DNA of 64,000 nt from Mobula hypostoma. Lineage: Eukaryota. Below, one piece after another: positions 38,418 through 51,200 of this stretch. The DNA lies in the NCBI RefSeq assembly GCF_963921235.1, contig NC_086097.1, positions 137,890,001 through 137,954,000 on the forward strand, written 5' to 3'. Each line of letters opens with the position of its first letter. Position 1 is the first letter of the stretch. Below the pieces are notes generated by a model, which did not search any database, was not told where the DNA came from, and was given only the letters and a program-made list of their open reading frames with translations. The translations under genes and the position numbers were made by a program.

Positions 38418-38964
38418 TTTACTTTTTCTTAAGTTGTGCACTAAATCAAATTATTGACCTTAAGCTTCCCATATATAATTTTCCTTTTTGTTCTTCTATG
38501 TTGGAGTTGGTAGTTGTTTATTAAGCACCAGCCCCTGGAGTATATTCCAGGGATATTTTGGAAGCTCATCATATGTGTTGTGTATGTGGTCTGGTTACAT
38601 AACAATGCTATTAATTAAAACGCTGGAGATGGGAGCTAAGGTTCATGGTTCTTTACTGGCAGAAACCGAACTCGACACACATGTACAGATCAATATTCTC
38701 CTAATAGTGCATTCAACGACGTGTTACTAAAACATAAAGTAGTCCCTTATTATACTGTGGGCTATACGGTACATTATGGATATCATGAGCCACATCTATA
38801 ATACCACATAAATAGTGCCCTTTGTATTCTTGGTGAAATCACAGATGTTTCCTTCTGACAATGTAAAGAGAGCAAATTCTTACCGAGTTTAGTTTCGGTG
38901 TCACTGCCCTCAGTGAGCAGCCCATTATTGCCCATTTCTCTGTTCATCCCTTCAACCCCAGTCT

Positions 38965-39300
38965 CTTGGGGCAGGGGGGAGGAGGGCTACTACACAGGAT
39001 CGGAATAAGCTGCAGAGAGTTGTAAACGTAGTCAGCTCCACCACTGGCACCCGCCTCTGTGTTATACAGGACATCTTCGTGAGTGGTGGCTCAAAAAGAG
39101 GGCATCCATCATTAAGGGCATGCCCTCTTCTCATTGCTACCATCAGGAAGGAGGTACAGGAGCCTGAAGGCACACACTCAGTGATTCAGGAACAGCTTCT
39201 TCCCCTCTGCCATCAGATTTCTGGATGAGCATTGAACCTATGAACACTACCTCACTTCATTTAAAAAAATTTTTGCGCCAATTTAATTTAATTTAGTTTA
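38965..39300 (+). mobile_element. Rex1-like 3' fragment
   Basis: Close match to 21300-21640. Confidence 0.85.
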
Positions 39301-40039
39301 TTTCCTCTCCTCATCTCTCCTCTCCCCACCTCCCCTCCCCACTATGTCAACAGCTGCTTTAAGTTTATGAACTCCGGAACAAAAATGATTTTCCTAATTT
39401 GCTCAATCCAAATATTTTACAACACTGAGCACCTCTTTGGTCGCCACCTAACACCCTTTGCTTCACCGACCTCGGACTGAGCTTCCTCAATCACTCCTCA
39501 CCTCAGAATAATGTGGTAAATCTCCTCCGAAGAGCCTTGACATCCTTCCCAAGGGGTGGTGCCAGAATGTGATCATTACTCCATCTGTACAGGGTTATGT
39601 TCATGGTATCTGCTTTGCATTCAATCAATATTCACAAAGGCAAATACCTTGCCCTTAACCTCCATATCAGCTTCATTGATAGCAATGAAGAATGGTGATT
39701 GTACATCTCTGTTCCTCAAGATTTAGATTCAACTTTCTCTCTGTGCTGTCCCTCTCGCAGTGCGTTATGTTTATCTGCATTAACTTGCAATTAGAACATT
39801 CCTGCCAAATTCTTAGCATAGGAACCTTTTCCATATCTGGGGTGGCAGGGATCAGAGAGATAACAAATGAGAACTGTCCACTCTATAAGCTCATGCTACC
39901 TGGGGCACAGTGATGTCAATAGGAGCCCATTCAATTCTGGGCCATAGGTTAGTAGGATTGCTAACTGGTCTCTATACATTAGAAGAACATGCTGGAAAAA
40001 AGGGTGGAATGAAGTTGAGTGATTCTTCTGACCAGAAGC

Positions 40040-40290
40040 TTTTCCTCTCTTCTTCTCTCCTTTCATTTTGCCTCCACTTATCCCCCTTAACTGTTCTCTC
40101 TCCTCCCTCCTCTTCCCTACTCTCCTCTCCTCTCACCTCAACCCAATTCCTCCTCTCTTTATTCCTTTCTCTCTTCCTGTACTCTTCCTTCTCTCCTCCT
40201 CTCCTCTCCTTTCTCTTCTCTCCTCCTACCCCTCTCCTCTCTACTCCGCTCTCCCCCTCTCGCCCCCCTCCCTCCAACAGTCTCCTCCTT
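40040..40290. repeat. Polypyrimidine low-complexity tract
   Basis: Direct inspection. Confidence 0.85.
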
Positions 40291-40562
40291 TAGTTTATAA
40301 ACACCACATGCTCACGCAGATTCGTCACTGTTTTTCTGCGAGGATGAGGCTAGCATATCTCGATTAATCACACAGACTGCGTGCACCACACAGGGTTGGT
40401 GGTGCCAGTGTTTACTGTCAGTAAGTGAGGCACTTTTGTGGAAGGTAAGGGAAAGCATGAAGTATGAGCTATCTCCCAGTTGGGTTTTTGTCTTTTTGAC
40501 TTCAGTGTTCTGCGATTCTCAGGTCAACTTGCTGCTTTGCTGTTGCCATGAGATACTCTAAA

Positions 40563-40637
40563 CCAGGGGTTCCCAACCTGGGTCCATGGACCCCTCAGCT
40601 AATGGCAAGGGTCCATAAAAAACATTGCCAATCCTTG
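40563..40637. mobile_element. hAT-Charlie-like MITE, degenerate
   Basis: CAGGGGTTCCCAACC left TIR; decayed right TIR ATTGCCAATCCTTG. Confidence 0.5.
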
Positions 40638-40773
40638 TAAGGAGAAGTATTCCTTTTGACTATGACGTTGAAATCTGTGACCCTTTTACTGGATGGATGA
40701 AGGCATTTGGGAAATAGAAACACCACTCTCTGCAGGTTCCATCCAGATCACACACCAAGCTGATCTGGAGGCA

Positions 40774-41097
40774 CACACAGTGGCCACTTTATTAGACACA
40801 CCTGTACACCTGCTCGCTAATGCAAATCAGCCAATCACGTGACAGCGGCTCAATGCATAAAAGCATCCAGACATGGTCAGGAGATCAGTTGCTGTTCAGA
40901 CCAAGCATCTGAGTGGTAAGAAAAATTGTGAGAAAAACAAGAAACATCCAGTGAGTGTGCAAAAATGCCTTCTTAATGAGAGAGGTCAGAGGAGAATGAC
41001 CAGACTTGTTCAAGCTGACAGTAACGCAAATAACCACGTTATATTGGTACTGTTCAGACAAGCATCTCTGACCGCACAACAGTGCCCACTGAGTGTA
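40774..41097 (+). mobile_element. Internally deleted Tc1-like DNA transposon
   Basis: CAGTGGCCACTTTATTAG left end and AGTGCCCACTGAGTG-TA right end; transposase remnant CLLNERGQRRMTRLVQAD. Confidence 0.85.
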
Positions 41098-41098
41098 T

Positions 41099-41384
41099 TA
41101 TTTATAGGGATCCATCAGTCTCGTGAGACCATAGATTTGCGCCTTGGGCAAGGTTGTATGGAAGACCGGCAGTTGCCCATGCTGCAAGTCTCCCCTCTCC
41201 ACGACGCCGATGTTGTCCAAGGGAAGGAGAAGGGCCGATACAGCTGGCACTGGTGTCGTCACAGAGCAATGTGTGGTTAAGTGCCTTGCTCAAGAACACA
41301 ACACGCTGCCTCAGCCAAGGCTCGAACTAGCGACCTTCAGATCACTAGACCACTGCCTTAAGCACTTGGCCACACGCCAACACA
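41099..41384 (-). mobile_element. tRNA-derived CORE-type SINE
   Basis: Minus strand: A box TGGCCAAGTG, B box GTTCGAGCC and CORE-like CTTGAGCAAGGCACTTAACC; 13-bp TSD with one mismatch. Confidence 0.8.
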
Positions 41385-41943
41385 CCACTGACTGTATATC
41401 ACCACTGCATCTTGAATCTAGATACTTGACCTCCCTCCCCAACAGCATGGACGACAGCAGTTTAAGAAGGTGCCTCATTTCCACATTTCACAGGACAGTT
41501 AGGAACACTGAGTGAATAGTGGCTTACTGGAGATGGCTACAGTCCGAGTTTTGATCACTGCCCTTCTGGCTCAGGGATGAGCGTTCTCTGGACTAAAACA
41601 TAGCTGCCTCATGACATTGACACAGTGAAGCGATTAGGTAAAAGTACTAAGTTTCTATATCGTGTGGATTTTCAACGTGGAAACACACAGAAAGCTGAGG
41701 GTAGTTTACGACGATCTGTTACGTTTTCTAAACACTTTCTTTGTCAGTGATTGCCTGAGGCTTCAAAGGGAAATCTTGTCAGCATGAATTAAGGATCAAT
41801 GTGATGTAAAGGAGCCAAATTAACATGGACACAGTTAGAAATGATTTTGTCCTAATTACTGATCATGGGCAATTGACACTGAATCTCCCACAGGTGATGA
41901 GTAAACTGGACTGCTTGGTAATTATTCCTATTCTGAAAAGAGA

Positions 41944-42221
41944 AAACTGTATCACAACTAGCTCATCACTGACCTACGACAGCCCAAACGACACGGCAGG
42001 GAATGAAACACTTTTAAACTGTAGTTCCTGTTCTAATGGAGGAGTCATTTTGGAAAGCAGGATCCCACACGTAGCAAGACAGGTAAGAGACTGCGCGAGG
42101 AACTGCAGACATCTCTCCTGCTCTTCAAAATATTTATCACCAGGAGCAGCAGACACAGCCACTGGGTAATACCTGATAAGGAAGCCAAACCCATTGACAG
42201 TGCAGAACTCCCTCAGCACTG
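41944..42221 (-). mobile_element. DeuSINE-like element contiguous with the satellite
   Basis: Minus strand: CAGTGCTGAGGGAGTTCTGCACTGTC..TATTTTGAAGAGCAGG..TTGCTACGTGTGGGATCCTGCT..ACTACAGTTTAAAAGTGTTTCATT; homologous to 30490-30560 and 16060-16355. Confidence 0.65.
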
Positions 42222-45200
42222 TCCATCCAACAGTCTGACACTCCCTCAGTACTGTTCATCCCACAGTGTGACATAACTCAGTATAGTCCATCCCACAGTG
42301 TGACACACCCTCAGTACTGTCCATCCCACAGTGTGACACTCCCTCAGTACTGTCCATCCCACAGTGTGACACTCCTTCAGTACTGTCCATCCCACAGTGT
42401 GACACTCCCTCAGTACCGTCCATCCCACAGTGTGACACTCCCTCAGTACCGTCCATCCCACAGTCTGACACTCCATCAGTACCGTCCATCCCATAGTGTG
42501 ACATTCCCTCAGTACTGCCCATCTCACAGTGTGACACTCCCTCAGTACTGTTCATCCCACAGTGTGACATAACTCAGTATAGTCCATCCCACAGTGTGAC
42601 ACACCCTCAGTACTGTCCATCCCACAGTGTGACACTCCCTCAGTACTGTCCATCCCACAGTGTGACACTCCCTCAGTACCGTCCATCCCACAGTGTGACA
42701 CTCCCTCAGTACTGTCCATCCCACAGTCTGACACTCCGTCAGTACCGTCCATCCCATAGTGTGACATTCCCTCAGTACTGTCCATCCCACAGTGTGACAC
42801 TCCCTCAGTACTGTCCATCCCACAGCGTTACACTCCCTCAGTACCGTCCCTCCCACAGTGTGACACTCCTTCAGTACTGTCCATCCCACAGTGTGACACT
42901 CCCTCAGTACCGTCCATCCCACAGTGTGACACTCCCTCAGTACCGTCCATCCCACAGTCTGACACTCCATCAGTACCGTCCATCCCATAGTGTGACATTC
43001 CCTCAGTACTGCCCATCTCACAGTGTGACACTCCCTCAGTACTGTTCATCCCACAGTGTGACATAACTCAGTATAGTCCATCCCACAGTGTGACACACCC
43101 TCAGTACTGTCCATCCCACAGTGTGACACTCCCTCAGTACTGTCCATCCCACAGTGTGACACTCCCTCAGTACCGTCCATCCCACAGTGTGACACTCCCT
43201 CAGTACTGTCCATCCCACAGTCTGACACTCCGTCAGTACCGTCCATCCCATAGTGTGACATTCCCTCAGTACTGTCCATCCCACAGTGTGACACTCCCTC
43301 AGTACTGTCCATCCCACAGCGTTACACTCCCTCAGTACCGTCCCTCCCACACTGTGACACTCCCTCCGTACTGTCCACACACAGTGTGACACTCCCTCAG
43401 TACTGCCCATCCCACACTGTGACACTCCCTCAGTACTGTCCATCACACAGTGTGAAACTCACTCACTACTGTCCATCCCACAGTGTGAAACTCCCTCAGT
43501 ACTATCCATCCCACAGTCTGACACTCCCTCAGTACTGTCCATCCCACAGTGTGACACTCCCTCAATACTGTCCATCCCACAGTGTGACACTCCCTCCGTA
43601 CTGTCCACACACAGTGTGACACTCCCTCAGTACTGTCTGTCCCACACTGTGACACTCCCTCAGTACTGCCCTTCCCACGGTGTGAAATTCCCTCAGTGCT
43701 GTCCATCCCACAGAGTGACACTCCCTCAGTACCGTCTATCCCACAGCGTGACACTCCCTCAGTACCGTCCATCCCACAATGTGACACTCCCTCAATACTG
43801 TCCATCCCACAGAGTGACACTCCCTGAGTACTGTCCATCCCATGGTGTGACACTCCCTAGTACTGTCCATCCCACAGTGTGACACTCAGTCAGTACTGTC
43901 CATCCCACAGTGTGACAGTCCCTCAGTACTGTCCACACCACACTGTGACACTCCCTCAGTACTGTCCATTCTACAGTGTGACACTCTCTCAGTACTGTCC
44001 ATTCCACAGTGTGACACTCCCTCAGTACCGTCCATCCCCCAATGTGACACTCCCTCAGTCTTGTCCATCTCACAGTGCGACACTCCCACTGTACTGTCCA
44101 TCCCACAGTGTGACCCTCCGTCAGTACTGTCCATCTCACAGTGTGACTCCCCCTCAGTACTGTCCATCCCACGGTGTGACAACCCCTCAGTGCTGTCCAT
44201 CCCACAGTGTGACACTCCCTCAGTACTGTCCATCTCACAGTGTGACACTCCCTCAGTACTGTCCATCCCACAGTGTGACACTCCCTCAGTACTGTCCATC
44301 CCACAGTGTGACAGTCCCTCAGTACTGTCCACACCACAGTGTGACACTCCCTCAGTACTGTCCATTCTACAGTCTGACACTCTCTCAGTACTGTCCATTC
44401 CACAGTGTGACACTCCCTCAGTACCGTCCATCCCCCAATGTGACACTCACTCAGTCTTGTCCATCTCACAGTGCGACACTCCCTCTGTACTGTCCATCCC
44501 ACAGAGTGACCCTCCGTCAGTACTGTCCATCTCACAGTGTGACTCCCCCTCAGTACTGTCCATCCCACAATGTGACACACCCTCAGTACTGCCCTTCCCA
44601 GGGTGTGAAATTCCCTCAGTACTGTCCATCCCACAGAGTGACACTCCCTCAGTACAGTCCATCCCACAGTGTGACACTCCCTCAGTACTGTCCATCTCAC
44701 AGTGTGACACTCCCTCAGTACTGTCCATCCCACAGTGTGACAGTCCCTCAGTACTGTCCATCCCACAGTGTGACACTCCCTCAGTACTGTCCATCCCACA
44801 GTGTGACATTCGCTCCGTACCGTCCATACACAGTGCGACACTTGGTCAGTACTGCCCGTCCCACACTGTGACACTCCCACAGTACTGCCCTTCCCAGGGT
44901 GTGAAATTCCCTCAGTACTGTCCATCCCACAGAGTGACAGTCCCTCAGTACTGTCCATCTCACAGTGTGACTCCCCCTCAGTACTGTCCATCCCACAATG
45001 TGACACACCCTCAGTACTGCCCTTCCCAGTGTGTGAAATTCCCTCAGTACTGTCCATCCCACAGAGTGACACTCCCTCAGTACAGTCCATCCCACAGTGT
45101 GACACTCCCTCAGTACTGTCCATCTCACAGTGTGACACTCCCTCAGTACTGTCCATCCCACAGTGTGACAGTCCCTCAGTACTGTCCATCCCACAGTGTG

Positions 45201-48200
45201 ACACTCCCTCAGTACTGTCCATCCCACAGTGTGACATTCGCTCCGTACCGTCCACACACAGTGCGACACTTGGTCAGTACTGCCCGTCCCACACTGTGAC
45301 ACTCCCACAGTACTGCCCTTCCCAGGGTGTGAAATTCCCTCAGTACTGTCCATCCCACAGAGTGACAGTCCCTCAGTACTGTCCATCCCACAGTGTGACA
45401 CTCCCTCAGTACTGTCCATCTCACAGTGTGACACTCCCTCAGTACTGTCCATCCCACAGTGTGACAGTCCCTCAGTACTGTCCATCCCACAGTGTGACAC
45501 TCCCTTAGTACTGTCCATCCCACAGTGTGACACTCTCTCAGTACCGTCCATCCCACAGTGTGACAGTCCCTCAGTACCGTCCATCCCACAGTGTGACAGT
45601 CCCTCAGTACTGTCCATTCTACAGTCTGACACTCCCTCTGTACTGTCCATCCCACAGTGTGACCCTCCGTCAGTACTGTCCATCTCACACTTTGACTCCC
45701 CCTCAGTACTGTCCATCCCATGGTGTGACACCCCCTCAGTACTGTCCATCCCACAGTGTGACACTCCCTCAGGACCGTCCATCCCACAATGTGACACTCC
45801 CTCAATACTGTCTATCCCACGGTGTGACACTCCCCAGTACTGCCCGTCCCACACTGTGACACTCCCTCAGTACTGCCCTTCCCAGGGTGTGAAATTCCCT
45901 CAGTATTGTCCATCCCACAGTGTGACACTCCCTCAGTACTGTCCATCTCACAGTGACACTCCCTCAGTACTGTCCATCCCACAGTGTGACAGTCCCTCAG
46001 GACTGTCCATTCCACAGTGTGACACTCCCTCAGTACTGTCCATCCCATAGTGTGACAGTCCCTCAGTACTGTCCACACCACAGTGTGACACTCCCTCAGT
46101 ACTGTCCATTCTACATTCTGACACTCGCTCAGTACTGTCCATTCCACAGTGTGACACTCCCTCAGTACCGTCCATCCCCCAATGTGACACTCCCTCAGTC
46201 TTGTCCATCTCACAGTGTGACAATCCCTCAGTATTGTCCATTCTACAGTGTGACACTCTCTCAGTACTGTCCATTCCACAGTGTGACACTCCCTCAGTAC
46301 TGCCCTTCCCGCGGTGTGAAATTCCCTCAGTACTGTCCATCCCACAGAGTGACAGTCCCTCAGTACTGTCCATCCCACAGTGTGACACTCCCTCAGTACT
46401 GTCCATCTCACAGTGTGACACTCCCTCAGTACTGTCCATCCCACAGTGTGACAGTCCCTCAGTACTGTCCATCCCACAGTGTGACACTCCCTCAGTACTG
46501 TCCATCCCACAGTGTGACAGTCCCTCAGTACTGTCCACACACAGTGTGACACTCCCTCAGTACTGTCTGTCCCACACTGTGACACTCCCTCAGTACTGCC
46601 CTTCCCACGGTGTGAAATTCCCTCAGTGTTGTCCATCCCACAGAGTGACACTCCCTCAGTACCGTCTATCCCACAGCGTGACACTCCCTCAGTACCGTCC
46701 AACCCACAATGTGACACTCCCTCAATACTGTCCATCCCACAGAGTGACACTCCCTGAGTACTGTCCATCCCATGGTGTGACACTCCCAAGTACTGTCCAT
46801 CCCACAGTGTGACACTCCCTCAGTACCGTCCATCCCACAGTGTGACACTCCGTCAGGACCGTCCATCCCACAATGTGACACTCCCTCAATACTGTCTATC
46901 CCACGGTGTGACACTCCCCAGTACTGCCCGTCCCACACTGTAACACTCCCTCAGTACTGCCCTTCCCAGGGTGTGAAATTCCCTCAGTACCGTCCATCCC
47001 ACAGTGTGACACTCCCTCAGTACTGTCCATCCCACAGTGTGATAGTCCCTCAGTACTGTCCATCCCACAGTGTGACACTCAGTCAGTACTGTCCATCCCA
47101 CAGTGTGACAGTCCCTCAGTACTGTCCAAACCACACTGTGACACTCCCTCAGTACTGTCCATTCTACAGTGTGACACTCTCTCAGTACCGTCCATCCCCC
47201 AATGTGACACTCCCTCAGTCTTGTCCATCTCACAGTACGACACTCCCTCTGTACTGTCCATCCCACAGTGTGACCCTCCGTCAGTACTGTCCATCTCACA
47301 GTGTGACTCCCCCTCAGTACTGCCCGCCCCACACTGTGACACTCCCTCAGTACTGCCCTTCCCAGGATGTGAAATTCCCTCAGTACTGTCCATCCCACAG
47401 AGTGACACTCCCTCAGTACTGTCCATCTCACAGTGTGACACTCCCTCAGTACTGTCCATCCCACAGTGTGACACTCCCTCAGTACTGTCCATCCCACAGT
47501 GTGACAGTCCCTCAGTACCGTCCATCCCCCAATGTGACACTCACTCAGTCTTGTCCATCTCACAGTGCGACACTCTCTCTGTACTGTCCATCCCACAGTG
47601 TGACCCTCCGTCAGTACTGTCCATCTCACAGTGTGACACTCCCTCAGTACTGTCCATCCCACAGTGTGACAGTCCCTCTGTACTGTCCACACCACAGTGT
47701 GACCCTCCGTCAGTACTGTCCATCTCACAGTTTGACTCCCCCTCAGTACTGTTCATCCCATGGTGTGACACCCCCTCAGTACTGTCCATCCCACAGTGTG
47801 ACATTCGCTCCGTACCGTCCACACACAGTGCGACACTTGGTCAGTACTGCCCGTCCCACACTGTGACACTCCCTCAGTACTGCCCTTCCCAGGGTGTGAA
47901 ATTCCCTCAGTACTGTCCATCCCACAGAGTGACAGTCCCTCAGTACTGTCCATCCCACAGTGTGACACTCCCTCAGTACTGTCCATCTCACAGTGTGACA
48001 CTCCCTCAGTACTGTCCATCCCACAGTGTGACAGTCCCTCAGTACTGTTCAACCCACAGTGTGACACTCCCTCAGTACTGTCCATCACACAGTGTGACAC
48101 TCCCTCAGTACTGTCCATCCCACAGTGTGACAGTCCCTCAGTACTGTCCACACCACAGTGTGACACTCCCTCAGTACCGTCCATCCCACAGTGTGACCCT

Positions 48201-51200
48201 CCGTCAGTACTGTCCATCTCACACTTTGACTCCCCCTCAGTACTGTCCATCCCATGGTGTGACACCCCCTCAGTACTGTCCATCCCACAGTGTGACATTC
48301 CCTCCGTACCGTCCACACACAGTGCGTCACTTGGTCAGTACTGCCCGTCCCACACTGGAACACTCCCTCAGTACTGCCCTTCCCAGGGTGTGAAATTCCC
48401 TCAGTACTGTCCATCCCACAGTGTGACCCTCCCTCAGTACTGTCCATCTGACAGTGACACTCCCTCAGTACTGTCCATCCCACAGTGTGACAGTCCCTCA
48501 GGACTGTCCATCCCACAGTGTGACACTCCCTCAGTACTGTCCATCCCATAGTGTGACAGTCCCTCAGTACTGTCCACACCACAGTGTGACACTCCCTCAG
48601 TACTGTCCATCCTACAGTCTGACACTCCATCAGTACTGTCCATTCTACAGTGTGACACGCCCTCAGTACCGTCCATCACCCAATGTGACACTCCCTCAGT
48701 CTTGTCCATCTCACAGTGTGACAATCCCTCAGTACTGTCCATTCCACAGTGTGACACTCCCTCAGTTCCGTCCATCCCCCAATGTGACACTCCCTCAGTC
48801 TTGTCTATCCCACGGTGTGACACTCCCCAGTACTGCCCGTCCCACACTGTGACACTCCCTCAGTACTGCCCTTCCCAGGGTGTGAAATTCCCTCAGTATT
48901 GTCCATCCCACAGTGTGACACTCCCTCAGTACTGTCCATCTCACAGTGACACTCCCTCAGTACTGTCCATCCCACAGTGTGACAGTCCCTCAGCACTGTC
49001 CATCCCACAGTGTGACACTCCCTCAGTACTGTCCATCCCATAGTGTGACAGTCCCTCAGTACTGTCCATCCCACAGTGTGACACTCCCTCAGTACTGTCC
49101 ATCTCACAGTGTGACAGTCCCTCAGTACTGTCCACCCCACAGTGTGACACTCCCTCAGTACTGTGCATTCTACAGTCTGACACTCTCTCAGTACTGTCCA
49201 TTCCACAGTGTGACACTCCCTCAGTACCGTCTATCCCCCAATGTGACACTCCCTCAGTCTTGTCCATCTCACAGTGCGACACTCTCTCTGTACTGTCCAT
49301 CCCACAGTGTGACACTCCGTCAGTACTGTCCATCTCACAGTGTGACTCCCCCTCAGTACTGTCCATCCCACAGTGTGACACTCCCTCAGTACTGCCCTTC
49401 CCAGGGTGTGAAATTCCCTCAGTACTGTCCATCCCACAGAGTGACACTCCCTCAGTACAGTCCATCCCACAGTGTGACACTCCCTCAGTGCTGTCCATCT
49501 CACAGTGTGACACTCCCTCAGTACTGTCCATCCCACAGTGTGACAGTCCCTCAGTACTGTCCATCCCACAGTGTGACACTCCCTCAGTACTGTCCATCAC
49601 ACAGTGTGACAGTCCCTCAGTGCTGTCCACACCAGAGTGAGACACTCCCTCAGTACTGTCCATTCTACAGTCTGACACTCCCTCTGTACTGTCCATCCCA
49701 CAGTGTGACCCTACGTCAGTACTGTCCATCTCACAGTGTGACTCCCCCTCAGTACCGTCCATCCCATGGTGTGACACCCCCTCAGTACTATCCATCCCAC
49801 AGTGTGACATTCCCTCCGTACTGTCCACACACAGTGCGACACTTGCACAGTACTGCCCTTCCCACAGTGTGACACTCCCTGAGTACTGTCCATCCCACAG
49901 TGTGACACTCCCCCAGTACTGTCCATCCCACAGTGTGACACTCCCTCAGTACTGTCCATCTCACGGAGTGACGCTCACTCAGTACCGTCCATCCCACAGT
50001 GTGATACTCCCTCAGTACTGCCCGTCCCATACTGTGACACTCCCTCAGTACTGTCCATCCCACAGTGTGACACTCCTTGAGTACCGTCCATCCCATAGTT
50101 TGACACTCCCTCAGTACTGTCCATCCCACAGTGTGACACTCCCTCAGTACCGTCCATCCCAGAATGTGACACTCCCTCAGTACTGTCCATCCCACAGAGT
50201 GACGCTCCCTCAGTACCGTCCATCCCACAGTATGACACTCCCTCAGTACCGTCCATCCCAGAATGTGACAGTTCCTCAGTCTTGTCCATCTCACAGTGCG
50301 ACACTCCCTCAGTACTGTCCATCCCACAGTGTAACACTCTGTCAGTACTGTCCATCCCGCAGTGTGACACTCCCTCAGTACTGTCCATCCCACAGAGTGA
50401 CGCTCCCTCAGTACCGTCCATCCCACAGTCTGACACTCCCTCAGTACCGTCCATCCCAGAATGTGACACTTCCTCAGTCTTGTCCATCTCACAGTGCGAC
50501 ACTCCCTCAGTACTGTCCATCCCACAGTGTGACCCTTCGTCAGTACTGTCCATCTCACAGTGTGACTCCCCCTCAGTACTGTCCATCCCATGGTGTGACA
50601 CCCCCTCAGTACTGTCCATCCCACAGTGTGACATTCCCTCCGTACCGTCCACACACAGTGCGTCACTTGGTCAGTACTGCCCGTCCCAGACTGGGACACT
50701 CCCTCAGTACTGCCCTTCCCAGGGTGTGAAATTCCCTCAGTACTGTCCATCCCACAGTGTGACACTCCCTCAGTACTGTCCATCTCACAGTGACACTCCC
50801 TCAGTACTGTCCATCCCACAGTGTGACAGTCCCTCAGGACTGTCCATCCCACAGTGTGACACTCCCTCAGTACTGTCCATCCCATAGTGTGACAGTCCCT
50901 CAGTACTGTCCACACCACAGTGTGACACTCCCTCAGTACTGTCCATCCTACAGTCTGACACTCCATCAGTACTGTCCATTCTACAGTGTGACACGCCCTC
51001 AGTACCGTCCATCCCCCAATGTGACACTCCCTCAGTCTTGTCCATCTCACAGTGTGACAATCTCTCAGTACTGTCCATTCCACAGTGTGACACTCCCTCA
51101 GTACCGTCCATCCCCCAATGTGACACTCCCTCAGTCTTGTCTATCCCACGGTGTGACACTCCCCAGTACTGCCCGTCCCACACTGTGACACTCCCTCAGT

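Noticed and set aside
41310..41384. tRNA gene
   Set aside because: The A and B boxes belong to a SINE head, followed by a CORE-like body and flanked by a TSD.
41974..42219. 81-aa minus-strand ORF as a host exon
   Set aside because: It coincides with the DeuSINE-like remnant.
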